Positions 35,820-48,675 of a DNA stretch of 49,457 nt are shown one piece after another. The notes beneath the pieces are model-generated. The model was not told the DNA's origin and searched no databases. It was given only the letters and a program-made list of their open reading frames with translations. The stretch spans positions 1-49,457 of the forward strand of contig NW_025214700.1 of NCBI RefSeq assembly GCF_004010195.1, given 5' to 3'. The position numbers and the translations under genes were made by a program. The DNA comes from Chiloscyllium plagiosum. Its lineage: Eukaryota. The first letter of the stretch is position 1; each line of letters starts with the position of its first letter.

Positions 35820-38305
35820 GATGAGTGCACGCTGAGCAGCAGTGGTCACCGGAAGCCTAGGTAAGTAAGGTAATATATTGGAGAAGTTGCTTTACCCAAA
35901 GCACTATTCATGTCGTCGCTCCCACCCATACTCCTCCTGTGATTAATAATAATTCTTCTGTGCGCCAGATTGGAAAAGGTTATGAGTTTATCATTTTCAA
36001 TTGTCTCTTTCGGAATTCAGGACAGTGGTAATGGCTGTTAGGGCATTTGATTGCTCCTTCTATAAATTGTGGGAGTTCAGGATCACGGGTCGCGTCCCCA
36101 CTGACTTTAACGGCTGGAAGTGCACTCAACAAAAACTGCTTGGATACCAGATGAGGTGACTGGAGCTGGAGCGAGATGAACTTTTGAACATTCGGGAGGC
36201 TGAAAGGGTAATTGAGAGGAGTTACAGGGAGGTAGGCGCACCGCCGGTGCAGACAAAAAAGGTACGTGGTTTACAGTCAGGGGACAGAAAGGAAACAGGC
36301 AAACAAAGCATGAATCTCCTGTGGACGTTCCCCTCATTAACAGGTATGCCGCGTTGGACACATTTGAGGGGACGATATACCAGGGGTACCATGCGATACA
36401 TGTCTCCAGCAGAGAGTCTGTCTCTGTTGCTTAGAAGTGAAGGGTGAGATGAGGAGATCATTGTCATTGTGGACTACATAATTAGGGGGACAGATAGGCG
36501 ATAACGTGAGAACGAGAGAGAGTCACATTTTGTGTGATGCCTCCCAGGTTCCAGGGTATGTTTTGTCTCGGAAAGTCTTTTCAGGATCCTTAAGGGGGAA
36601 GGGAAAGCAGCCGCAAGCCTTGATCCACACAAGCACTAAAGATGCAGTTAGGAAATGGGCTGTGGATGTAAGGCAAAAAATCAAGGTAGCTCGGGTGGAA
36701 GCTTGGAGCGAGAACAAGCAGAGCTGTTATCTCTGCTTTGCTACACGTGCCACGTGCCATTGAGGCGAGGAATAGACAGATTCCTTGAGTACGTGGTGGC
36801 AGGGACGCTGAAGGAGGTAAGGTTTTGTATAATTGGGGCTCAATCTGTGCTAGGTGGTAGCTCTACAAACGCGATGGAATGAACCTGAACCAGAGGGATA
36901 CCAATAATTTCTGGTGGAAAATTTGTTCATACGCTTCAGAAGAGTTTACATGAATTCAGCACGGGGATGGTACACTGAACTGCAGATCCACTGAACGAGT
37001 GGTTGAAAGTAGTAAGATGATAAATAAGTTTTCAAGGTGGCAGGAATGTATCAGCAATCGAGAAGATGGTATGAAGAATGTCTATTTCAACGCCAGGAGC
37101 ATCTGGAAAAGAAACCCTGGTTAAACCTGCAGCATCGGTTGGAAACTGGGACTTCGAAATTGTGCCATTTTGGAACATGGATAGACCAAGTACAGGAACA
37201 GTTGTTGCAGGGTCTGGGGTGTCGATGTTAAAAGAAGTCCAGGAAAGGTGATAAAAGGTGAGGTGTGCATTGTTAGTCAAGAACCGTGTTGCAGTGGCAG
37301 AACGGACGTTTATTGAGAACTCATCTACTGATGTAATATGGTCTGAGGTTAGAAGCAGGAAAGGATAGGTCAAAGCGTTGTGAGCTTTCTATAGACTTTC
37401 GAAAAATTACATAGTTTTTTGGAAAGAATTGCAATGATGATTCCAGATAGGAGCAAAAGTAACATCGTGGTTGTTATGGGGTCTTAACTTTGCAAGTGTT
37501 GACTGGGAAACGCTATTCTTCGAGTCCAGCATTTATTTCAAAGTGTGCTGGAGGGGTTCCTGACATTCTATGTAATAGGCCGACAAAAGCAGAGTCCACA
37601 TTGGATTGGGTACCGGGTAATGAACCCAGCAACATGTTAGATCTGGAGGGAGGTGTGTACTTTGATGATAGTGACCATAATTCGGTCACGTTTATGTTAG
37701 CGATTGAAACAGAAAGCTATATACCACAGGGCATGACTTACACTTGTAGGAAAGCCAATTATGATGCCATTAGGCAAGATCAAGGATGAGTGGATGGGGA
37801 ACGAAACAGCAGGTTGTGGGCAAAATTTAAATGTGGAGCTTGTTCAAGGAAGAGCTACTGCATGCCTTGATAAGTACGTACTCCTCATACAGGGAGGACG
37901 ATTTCGAGCGAGGGAGCCATGGTTTACCAAAGTCGTTGAAGCTCTTATCAAGAGGAAGAAAGTGGATAATGCAAAGATGAGACATAAAGGCTCAGTTGTG
38001 GCGCTTGAGAGTTATACGTTAGCCAGAAAGGACCTAGAGAGACAGCGAAGAGGAGCGAGAGGGAACATGAGAAGTGTTTTGCAGGTAGAATCAATGAAAA
38101 CTCTAAAGCTTTCGATATAAAAGAAATAAAAGAATGACGAGAGTAAGTTTACGGCCAGACAAGACAGTTTTGGCAAGTTGTGCACAGAGTGCGAGGAGCT
38201 AGGAGAGGAGCTAAATGAATATTTTTCGTTAGCATTAAGCAAAAAAAGTCAATGACTTCGAGGGAATACTGATATAGAGGCTGTCAGAAGACACAGGATT
38301 GTATG
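35820..38305 (+). mobile_element. CR1 LINE 5' half: ORF1 (esterase) and ORF2 endonuclease/linker
   Basis: IVIVDYIIRGTDRR (esterase GDS block), CLYFNARSI, DSDHNSVTF, KANYDAIRQ, REPWFTK, EELNEYFSL. Confidence 0.88.
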
Positions 38306-38319
38306 TTTTTGAATGCAAA

Positions 38320-38420
38320 TGTACATGCTCCAGTGCGGAGGAGCGGGAAGTGGAGGAGATAAGGTGGAGAGCATCGTCGACCACGTCTGGGGGAAAATTG
38401 CCGTCTTTGAAGAAATGTTA
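38320..38420 (-). mobile_element. Short Penelope fragment at a CR1/CR1 junction
   Basis: 'ggagagcatcgtcgaccacgtctgggggaaaattgccgtctttgaag' resembles 33360-33410. Confidence 0.6.
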
Positions 38421-39456
38421 CAGCTCTTGTACGTCAGATGGATCAGTTTTTTTTTTACAATGTATACAGGAGGGTTTCCTGACCCAGTATGTCGAAGGGC
38501 TGACCAGTGGGAGGCCACACTGAATCTGGTGCTTGGTTTGATTTAGTTGTAGGTGAGCACTTTGGAGAGAGTGGCCATAATTCAGTTCCGTTAAGTTTAG
38601 CGATGGAAAGGGATAGCTACATGCCACAGTTCAAGAGTTGTCGTTGGAGCAAGGGCAATTATAATGCGATTAGGCAAGAATTAGTATCATAGAATGGGGT
38701 AGCAAAACGAAGGGGATGCAGACAAACGAAATGTGGAACTGGTTTGATGAACAGATGCTGCGTGCCCTTGATAGGTATGTCCTTGTCAGGCAAGGAGGAA
38801 GTGATAGGGTAAGGGAACCGTGCTTTACTACAGAAATTGCGTCTCTTGTTAAGAATATGGAAGAGGCTTAAGTGTTGATGAGGCAAGCTGGAACAGAAAA
38901 GGCGATGGAGAGTTACAGATCAGCAAGTAAGGATTGAAAGGGAGAGTTAAGAAGAGCAAAGAAATGATACGAACAGTATTTATAGAATGCAGCATACAGA
39001 ATAAATGAGAACCTAAAACTTTCCATAGGTATATGAAGAATGGAAGGATAAATAGGGTGGGAATAGGGCCAGTCAAAGACAGAATTGGGTATTTGAGCGT
39101 GGACCCTGTAGAGATCAGAGTGGTGCTAAATGAACATTTCTCATCGGTGTTCACTCAGGAAAAGGAGAATAGTGTCGAGGAGAAGGATGAGGTACCAGAT
39201 ATTCGACTAGATAGGATTGAGGTTAGTTACGCACAGGTGTTATGAATTCTACAAGGAGTGAAAGTAGACAAGTCCCCTGGGCCGAATGGGATTTATCGGA
39301 GAATTCTCTTGGAAGCTAAGGATGAGATAGCAGAACCTTTGGCTTTGATACTTGAGTCGTCATTGTTTACAGATTTAGTACCTGAGGACTGGAGGATTAC
39401 AAAAGTGGTGCCCTTGTTCAAGAAGGGAAGCAGAGATGACACAGTTAGTTATAGAC

Positions 39457-40336
39457 TAAGTTAAAAATCACACGACACCAGGTTATAGTCCAACAGGTTT
39501 AATTGGAAGTACACTAGCTTTCGGAGCGACGCTCCTTCATCAGGTGATTGTGGAGGGCTCGATCGTAACACAGAATTTATAGCAAAAATTTGCAGTATGA
39601 TGTAACTGAAATTACACATTGAAAAATTGATTGGCTGTTAAGCCTTTCATCTGTTAGAATACAGTGAGAGTTTCACTTCTTTCATGTGTAAATCACAAAA
39701 CCCTTTTTTTAAACGTTGCATTCTCGGGTTAGCTGTTAACAATGGTGATAGCCAGATAATATGCTGAAGGTGTTAGCCCCCTGTGTTCTCTGTCTATGAC
39801 CTGATGTTTAGATTGATTCTATTCTAAAAAGTGAGATAACAGAGTTTTACATCGAGTCATGAAGTTTTTGAGCTCAGAGTTCTACATGAATGCATGCAGT
39901 TTTTGAGCAAAGGTACGTATAGTGCAATGATGATCACCAGTAATGTGACATGAATCCAAGGTCCCGGTTGAGGCCCTTCCTATGGATACAGAACTTAGCT
40001 ATCAGCCTCTGCTCGGCCACTTTCCTCTGCTGCTTTTCCGAAGTCCACCATGGAGGATGGTCACACGAAGGTCCGAGTTTGAATGTCCTGGACCACTGAA
40101 GTGTTCCCCAACTTGGAGGGAACCCTCATATCTGTTGATTGTTGTGCGGTGCCCATTCATCCGTTGTCGTAGCCTTTTCTCTGTTTCCTCAATTTACCAT
40201 GCCTCCAGGCATCCTTGCCTGCAACGTATAAGATAGACAACATTGGCTGTGTCACATGGGTACCTGCCATGTGCATGGTGGGAGGTGTTCAAACGCGTAA
40301 TAGTGGTATCTATGTCCACAATCTGACACGTCTTGC
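39457..40336 (-). mobile_element. Penelope-like element 3' end (GIY-YIG + pLTR) with 10-bp TSD
   Basis: Reverse translation CKTCQ..CDTANVVYLIRCRQGC..W*IEETEKRLRQRMNGHR..GLNRDLGFMSHY; TSD agttatagac at 39447-39456 and 40337-40346. Confidence 0.92.
39512..39546 (-). ncRNA. Minimal type-I hammerhead ribozyme motif
   Basis: CAC-CUGAUGA-A-GGAGC-GUC-GCUCC-GAA-AGCU-A-GUG. Confidence 0.78.
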
Positions 40337-40360
40337 AGTTATAGACCAGTGAGCCTTACT

Positions 40361-40721
40361 TCCATTTCGACTGGGACAACACATGTATCCTGGGACAGGC
40401 TAAGCAAAGACATGCCAGAGAATTGCTAGAGGCCTGGCACTCCAACCACAAAACCAGAAACAAACACAAAGATCGAGATGCCACCTATCAACCCCTCAGA
40501 AAACGAACAGGAAATGACATCACCACAAAGCCAAAGAACCACATCCAGGAGAAAGATAAAAATAGAAAGCAGGAGACAACAGCTTCGCTTCACTTGGAGT
40601 TCACCACTGATGATGTTATCTAGCCAGGTAATGAAACGTCTGGATATCAAACCTACAGCTCAGCGAGAAAACCTACCCCCAAACCTCAACCTGAGCTACA
40701 AACCTTCACAAACCTTGCAAC
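40361..40721 (+). mobile_element. Second Penelope family 3' end with 9-bp TSD
   Basis: FDWDNTCILGQAKQRHARELLEAWHS (GIY-YIG C-terminus); TSD agccttact at 40352-40360 and 40722-40730. Confidence 0.9.
40604..40643 (+). ncRNA. Minimal type-I hammerhead ribozyme motif
   Basis: CCA-CUGAUGA-U-GUUAUC-UAGCCA-GGUAAU-GAA-ACGU-C-UGG: stem II with two G-U pairs, palindromic ACGU, GUC cleavage triplet, CCA/UGG stem I. Confidence 0.72.
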
Positions 40722-40748
40722 AGCCTTACTGCTGTTGTAGGAAAGGTT

Positions 40749-41486
40749 TTGGAAATTATTATGAGAGATAAGATTTATAATAATCGAGCAAGCATCAATT
40801 TCATTTCAGATAGTCAACATGACTTCCTCAAAGGCAGATCGTATCTCACAAACCTCATTAAGTTTTTTGAGAAGGTGACAAAGCATGTAAATGAGGGTAG
40901 GGCAGTTGTCGTGGTAGACATGGAATTCAGTAAAGCCTTTGATAAGATTCCACATAGTCGGCTGCTGGAGACAATGCAGAGGCATGGCATTGAGAGTGAT
41001 TTAGCAGTTTGGGTTAGAAACTGGCTTTCTGGAAGAAGACAACGTGTGTCGCAAGGATCTGTTCTGGGTCCACTGCTGCTTGTCATTTTTATAAATGACT
41101 TAAACGCCGGCATAGGTGGATGGATTAGTAAATTTGCAGACGATACTAAAGTCGGTGGAGTAGTAAACTGCTTGGAAGAATGTAATTGGTTGCAGGGGGA
41201 CTTGGATAAACTGCACAAATGTGCTGAGAGGTGTCAAATGGAGTTCAATGCAGCTAAATGTGACGTGCTGCACTTTGGGAGGAATAGCAGGAAGGCAGAG
41301 TTTTGGGTCAATAGAAAGATTATTGGGAGTGTGGATGTGCAGAGGGATCTTGGAGTCCATGTGCATAGATCCCTGAAAGTTGCCACCCAGATGGATAGTG
41401 CTGTTAAGAAGGTATACGGTGTGTTAGGTTTCATTGCGAGAGGGATTGTGTTCCAGAACCGCACGATCATGCTGCAATTATTCTAA
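40749..41486 (+). pseudogene. CR1 reverse transcriptase remnant ORF (245 aa)
   Basis: MEFSKAFDKIPH, SQGSVLGPLLLVIFINDL, KFADDTK. In-frame deletion between RQRV and SQG; premature stop. Confidence 0.9.
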
Positions 41487-42039
41487 ACGCTGGTGCGGCC
41501 ACACGTCGAATATTGTGTACAGTTCTGGTCGCCCCATTGCAGAAAGGATGTGGAAGCATTGCAAAAGGTGTAGAGATTTGTCAGGATGTTGCCTGGTCTG
41601 GAGGGAATGTCTTATGACGAAAGGCTGAGAGACTTGGGTCTGTTCTCATTGGAAAGAAGAAGGCTAAGCGGGGATTTGATACAGACATACAAGATGATCA
41701 GAGGATTAGATAGGGGAGACAGTGAAAGACGTTTGCCTAGGATGTTGACGTCAGCTTAAACGATAGGGTATAACTACAAATTGAGGGGTGATAGATTTAA
41801 GACAGATGTCCGAGGCAAGTTCTTTACGCAGAGAGTGGTAAGGGTGTGGAATGCCTTACCTGCTAAGGTAGTCGACTTAGCCACATTAGAAATATTTAAA
41901 CAATCCTTAGATAAGCACATCGATCATATTAGGATACTGTAGGGTTACGAGCTGAGAATAGCTCACAGGTCGGCGCAACATCGGGGGCCGAAGGGCCTGT
42001 TCTGCGCTGTATTGTGCGATGTTCTATGATATGTGTTCT

Positions 42040-45000
42040 CTATGTAAGGAAGAAGTGCCAGATCTCGAACCATGTACCTGCAAAGGGTAAAGTTTATTCG
42101 TATCGGCCATGAGCAACAGGTAAAGAGGTGACAATGTTCGGAGATCGGGGTTCCTCTCAGTCTGTGATTGTCAAAGATGAGGAAATATGTACCTCTGAAA
42201 GAATATCTCGAAAAAAGGGAGAAGTATCAGGAATTCACGGCGGGACGAAAAGCTCTCAGATATGCAATGTGGGGTCAGGGTATCCAGAGATGAGTATATA
42301 ATGTGTCCCTGCTAATGATATCGCTGAGTCACCGTTAGTTTTGCTGCCTACTGTGTTTAAAAATCATGCGAAAACGAGGGAAATTGATCTCCTACAGGTC
42401 ACATCCTGGATTTTGTGCTGATCGTGCTAATGACGAAACAAAATGCAGATTTGATACATGAGATATCAAAGAGTAGAAATAAGAATGCTGAAGTGCAATT
42501 TGCAAAGAACCTGTTTGTTCAAATGGTTGAGCCAAGACAGGAGCCTATAAATAACAATACAGACATCTTTCGCTTCGATAAATTGACTGAGTTACAGGGA
42601 AACTCAGGGAAACTTGGATCAAAAAGGCATGCACAGAAGGGAATTCGAATACATCCTTGAATGTTATTACCTTACAAATGATGTATTTCTCAGGAAACGG
42701 ACAAAATCACATGTTCAGGCATTTGGGAAATGATCAGAAGTCTCTCAAATCGTATTGTCAGTAGGGTTTAGGACGAATATGTCGCAAGCGTTGCCCGAGC
42801 TATCACTTGACTGTCGTTTAGGATTGAGAAAAAGGCAAGCTAAAAGACAATACACTTGTACTGACTTGAACTGCGCGAGGATGTAGTTGAATTGCAACTT
42901 GAACGTATTTCGTTGGATTTGCTCCAATTTTTCACAACTTCTCCACGGCTGTTTTCATGATTCTACACAATGAAAATTCCCAAATCATTCCAAGTAAAAG
43001 TAATGGAATACACCAGTTATTGTTAGTTTTAAATGCTGAATATTCGTACATTGGGTTGGATGACTTGGGGATCGTTTAGGAGTGAGGACCACACAGCTCA
43101 AATAGAAAACCATTTTATTGGCGTGAATTGCGCAAGGACCCAATTGCATTCTGCCAGACGTGTAATACATGTCAGCTAATAGTAAAACCACAGGTAATAA
43201 TAGCTCCACCTTTAACCTCTTTCCTGCATTTGAGGAAACCTCTACAAATGTCTCAACTGATTTCACAGATCCCCAACTTCAAACATGTGAAAATCATGTA
43301 TTTCTTTACAAGAATTGATGCAACATCACAGCTAAAAGGATGGTCGAGGGGTTACTCACATTTTTCAGTGGATACAGAATACTGACAGTGATGCAATCCG
43401 ATCAATCATCAAACGTCACATCAACATTAGTCAATGAAGTTATGGGCAGCTTAAAAATAAAACAATTTGATTCTACTGCGGCCTATTCAGAATTGCGGGA
43501 AAGGTGGGATCAGACATAAAAGACCATGTTGAGGGCTGAAAGCCAAGAAAATACAGATAACGGGGGTAAGAAAATTCGGTTTGTGCTTTTTGCTATCAGA
43601 TATGCATCAAATGAATCGACCAAATTCATTCCATGAAGTAGTTTTCTGGCATGAAGTAAGAGGACTGTCAAAATGGACGAAGGAGAAATTGGTAAGTAAG
43701 AAGTCAAAGATCACATAATTGAACTATGTGTCAAATATTAGGGTTCAATTAAATACAGCTGGGGAGTTGGCAGGACCGCATTTAACAGTATTACAATGTA
43801 CAATGAAACAAAAAGCATACAAGAAATAAAACATCGCAATTTTGCTCTCAGGGATAAGCAATTGTTACTTCCAGTGAGAAGTGAACCCTTAAAAGCAAGG
43901 TTTCGTACACAGTATCCAGTTGAAAGAAAAATGAGTGAAGTGAAATGACTGACAGGGACTCCAGACAGAAATGAATCTCACAGAGTGTCATGTGAATATG
44001 CTCCAAAGGTGTTTTGACAGGGAAGGAAAGCAAGAGGAGAATCTATTATTTATTGCAACAGAGGGAAGACCCAAGTCCAGAGGATTCTAAATTGGACATT
44101 CCTCAAATTAAGTTGGACAATGAGAAATTTGCCAAACTGCAATACACTTTGAGTTATCTTCCAGAGGAAAATCAAAATGACCTGAAAAGGTTCTTACTAT
44201 TTCGTGTAGACATGAGTGTTTAGGCTGTGAAGTACAAATATAATTGTGCAGGATGTAGACACAGGAGATCTTGTTCCGATTTAACAACATCCTTATGGGC
44301 ATAAACCTATAAAGTTGGCACAGCTTATAAACGAGATTGAACGCATATTGCAAGACAACATATTCGATATGAGTTACTGTGACTGGAGATCACCCATGTT
44401 TATGATGCAAAAAGCAGATAGTAACCAACTGTTATGTGTGAACTACCGCGAAGTCATCGTAGTTACAAACACTGATGCATATCCGAATCCGCGTTTGGAA
44501 GACCGTGTGGAGAAGGTCAGATAAAAAACTTATAGTTCTAAGCTCAGTTTGGTCAGGAGATACTGGCAAATACCTTTGTCAGAAAGAGCAAAGGCAATTT
44601 CGGGGTTTTGTGAAGCTGAATCAACTATATCAGTTTAATATCATGCCATTTGGCATCAAACATTTGGCAACCATAGTTCACAGACAAACCAATTAGGTAA
44701 CTGAAGGATTACCCCACTGTGTTGCTTATATAGATCACCTAATATTTTCAGTCACACATGGAAGGAGCATTTACAACATTTATCAGACTTGTTCGACCGA
44801 CTTCGAAAGACAGGTTTGGCGATAATCCTGGCCAATCGTGAATTTGCCGAAGTCCAAGACACGTTCCTGGGCCATGTAACTGGACATAGACAAACGTCCC
44901 CATGGGGTCCAAAAACTAAAGCAATTGGATAGTTTCCCATAGATTATCAAGTGGAGCTGTACTACGGTTCCTGTGATTGAGTGGATTTTATGGAAATGGT

Positions 45001-45485
45001 CCCAAAACTGAGTAGTGTGCATAGTTCAGGCACTGAAGTGCAAAAGAACGGCAAGACGTTTCAGAGCACAGCAGACTGCCAGAGGCATTTGACAACCTGA
45101 AAATTCTATTCTTGTCCCAGTTTCAGCCGCATCGAACTACATAAAGCTGTTCAAGGTGGCTGTAAATGCAAATGATGTCGATGTCAATGCTGTGCTCTTG
45201 CAAGTAGACGACGAGAAGATAGAAAGACCTATCGCGTATTTCACTGAAAGTTGAATATTCAGCAGCAGGCATAGTCCACCTTTAAGAAGGAGACTTGAGC
45301 TCGTTATTGGCACTATAATATTTCAGTGTTAATTTTACTGGTAATGCATATGAGACAGACATATGCACTGATATGTCTGAAAAACGTAAGGACAGAAGTG
45401 TCAGACTGTTTAGGTGGAGCATGTTTGTTTACACGTGTTCAATGTTCAAAAAAAAATGGTGCATTTGGAAGGACAGGAAAACTTA
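42040..45485 (+). mobile_element. Decayed Gypsy internal region, Gmr1-type order INT-RT-RH
   Basis: Integrase Zn finger FCQTCNTCQ (~43150), QSDQ (~43395), KTMLRA (~43520); RT WRSPMFMMQK..LCVNYR..DAYPNPRLED (~44385-44500), IMPFGIK, AYIDHL; RNase H VAVNANDVDVNAVLLQ (~45155). Confidence 0.9.
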
Positions 45486-45519
45486 ACCCCTCTTCCTGAC
45501 TAGCAACTTCCTAACGAGT

Positions 45520-46690
45520 CAACATACTAGTGAATATCCTCTTCACGCCCTCCAAAGCATCCACATTCTTTTAATAAAGTGGCAATCAGAACAGTTCGCT
45601 GATCCAAAGTCTTATGCAATTGAAGCATGGCCTGCCAACTCCAGTAATCAGTACGACATTCGATGAAGGAAAGCATGCCATATGCCTTCTTGACCACTGT
45701 ATTCACCTCTGTTGCCAACTTCCGCGTGCAATGAATATTAACAATCTCTCTGTACATCAATTTCCCCATGGATTTTCCATTTACCCCAGATTTCCGCTCT
45801 TGAATTCATTCTTCCAAAACGCCTCACCTCACATTTGCTCAGATTGACCTCCATTGGCCGTTTCCCCGTCTAACTCTCCAATTGATCTATATTCTTCTGT
45901 GTTCTCTGACAGCTCCCTTCACTGTCTTCTCCTCCACCAATCTTACTGTAATCTGCAAACCTGCTAATTAGACCACGCGCACCTTCTTCCAGATCAGTGA
46001 TATGTCGATCACTAACAGGCGTGTTCCAGAGCGCAACCCTGTGGAAAAAAAATTGGACACAGTTTTCCATTTTGTGAAACTCATTTCTTCTATTACTACT
46101 CTCCGTGCTCTGTTGCCCAACCAGTTCTCAATACAACTTGCTAATGCTACCTGTACCCATGTGACTTCACTTTCTCCATCAGCCTAACATGGGGAAACTT
46201 ATTAAGTGCCTTAGTGAAGTCCATGCATTTGACAGTGACAACCCTGCAGTCATCAATCAACTTTTTCACTTCACAAAGAATTCTACTAATTTCATAAGAT
46301 ATGGCCTTCCCTGTACAAAACCATGTTGCCTATCACTCATAAGCTGCTTTTCTTCCAACTGGGAATAGTTCATAACCCTTAGTGTCTTCGCCAGCTGCAT
46401 GCCCAACACTGATGTCAGTCTCGCCGTCTATATTTGCCTGGTTTATTCTTTCCACCCTTCCGAAATAAGGGGACAACATTATCAACTCTCCAGTCCTCAG
46501 GGACCTTACCTTTGTTCAAGTATGCTGCAAAGATATCGGCTAAGGCCGCAGTTATTTCCTCTCTTGCTTGCCTCAGAAATGAGAGATAGATCCCATCCGG
46601 AAATGGGGACATGGACATCTGAATTTCTTTTAGATTACCCAACACGGCCTCGTTCCTTTCCTAACTGTTATGCTTAATTTCTCTAATACA
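45520..46690 (-). mobile_element. CR1 LINE ORF2 fragment
   Basis: VPEDWRVDNVVPLFRKG, ISRFADYSKIGG, VVKKAYGMLSFI. Confidence 0.9.
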
Positions 46691-46719
46691 TTTGAGATAT
46701 TCACAGAGTCAGGTTAACT

Positions 46720-47365
46720 ATGCTTGCAGGTGCAGCAGGCAGTGAGGAAAACCAAAGGTAAAGCGAGATAATTTGAGTGTCATGGTAAAGACGTCTTATT
46801 GTAGTTAAAGAGGGCCTTGGTGAGGACACACTTTGTGTATTTGATTTTCTTATCTGAGGAATATAATTCTTGCTATTGAGGGAGACAAGCGAAAGTTCAA
46901 CAGACTGATTCCCGAGTTGGCAGGACTGACAAACGACAAAAAAAATAGATCAACTGGACTTGTACTCTCTGGAATCTAATAGAATGAGGAGGGATCTCAT
47001 CAAAACATATAGAATCCCGATGGGACTGGGCAGACTGGATGCAGGAAGAATGTTCCCAATGTCGTGGAGTTTTTGGACGTTGCGTCACAGATTATGAATG
47101 AGGGATAAGCCATGACAGAGAGATATGATGAAGAATTTCTTCACTTAAAGAGTAAGAGTCCCCTTTTTGCCCTCCGGGTCTTTGAATATGTTCAAGATGG
47201 AGCTGGATGCAGCCCATGCGGGTAAAGGCACAAAGGGGTAAGGAGTGCGAACTTAAATAAGATTCTGAGTTTGCATGATCGAACATGATCAAATTATAGG
47301 GAAGTGCAGGCTTGAAGGACCGAATAGCCTACGACTGCACTTATTTTATACTTTTGTATGCTTCT
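46720..47365 (+). mobile_element. CR1 LINE 3' end
   Basis: 'agggccttggtgaggacacac', 'aaagttcaacagactgattccc', tail 'ggaccgaatagcctacgactgcacttattttatac'. Confidence 0.85.
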
Positions 47366-47689
47366 AAGTATGCTTGTGAATGAGATCACTGTTAGTGGTA
47401 TGCAGACGATAAGATTTGAGCTGGCGCTCATATTATATTTAGGATAAATTTCAGATCCATTTTTCATGTCAACATTAGAGGAATATTGGGGTTGTATGTA
47501 TTCAAGGCTCGCACTGAGTTGAATTTCCAGCAAGCATCAGGATTATGGCAAGGGTTAGGGTTACTCGCAGAGTTAGAGAAATCCTCGGGATTGTTGTTCT
47601 GAAGTTTTGGAAGATTGGTCACGTTTGGAAGTAGTGTGATGCTGTTGGTTTAGCAATTTTAGTGATGTGAAGTGGTTATCGTTAAATTT

Positions 47690-48105
47690 ACAGCATTAGA
47701 TGTCCCACTAGATGCCCTGGACTTTGTGTCAGTGGATGTGAAAGATCACCAAAGTTGTTGTTAGTCATATTGATCTGAGGTTTGGAGGAGAACTTGCAGA
47801 TGGTGTCACCTTTGCTACAAATGGTAGCTGATGTGCGTTTGCAATGTGTTGCCTAAGGAGCTCTTCTGAATTTCTGCAGTGCATCTTACTGATGGTGCGT
47901 ACAGCTGCTACCGTGTATCAGAAGTTGAAAGAGTGAATATTGATGTAATGATGCCCATCAAATGGGCGGCTCTCCGTGGATGGACTAGATCTCTTGAGTG
48001 TTGTTAGTGTTTTATTCATCCAGGTGATTGGGTTGTATTACATTAGAAACATTTCTTGTAGCTTCTGGATAGAGGACTGCATTTGGGTAGTTAGGAAGTG
48101 AGTTG
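47690..48105 (-). mobile_element. Non-LTR retrotransposon RT C-terminal fragment (different clade)
   Basis: Reverse reads KAAHLMG-like..NIHSF..TVAAVRTISKMHCRNS. Confidence 0.6.
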
Positions 48106-48675
48106 CAGCTGGTCATTTTGGAAATGCGTGGAACATTGGTTAGGACGCAGCTGGAGTTCTTTGCCCACTCTTGTCACCGTATTATATGAAGAACATGATT
48201 AAACTGGATGAATGCACACCATTTTCACGAATGTTGCTTGGGCTGGAACAGTTCCGCTGTGAAACGACGCTGAAAGAACTCGGATTGTTTACTCAGTCAA
48301 AGTAACAGTTGAGGAGGGATTGGTGGATGTGCATAAGGTCCTGAACATAGGGTGAATAGAAAGCAACAATTCGCTTTAGTTGAGGGGTTAGTCTACATGA
48401 TACATCATTTTAAAAGGAAAGGTAGACGGATTAGTGGGAATTGAAGAATAACGTTTGCACTCCGAGGCTGGTGAGAATCTGGAATACATTTTCTGGGAGG
48501 CGAGTTGACGCGTCAAAGCAATTACACGGTTCTTGGATGTGCCTTGAAGTGTTACATCATTTGAGTCTTTGGGCCGAAAGAGGGAAAGTAGGGCTATCAT
48601 TCGTCGTAATATATTTTTAGCCTGTCGATGGCTGAATTGGCCTCTTTTGTACTCCATGGGTCAATGACTACCACA
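48106..48675 (+). mobile_element. CR1 LINE 3' end, degraded
   Basis: 'acattggttaggacgcagctggag', 'tttcacgaatgttgcttgggctgg', 'ggctgaattggcctcttttgtac'. Confidence 0.75.

Larger units (their letters stand above)
38430..42030 (+). mobile_element. CR1 LINE ORF2 to 3' tail, least decayed LINE here, interrupted at 39457-40721
   Basis: KVDKSPGPNGIY, VPEDWRITKVVPLFKKG, 245-aa RT ORF, tail 'gggccgaagggcctgttctgcgctgtattg..gttctatg'. Confidence 0.95.
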
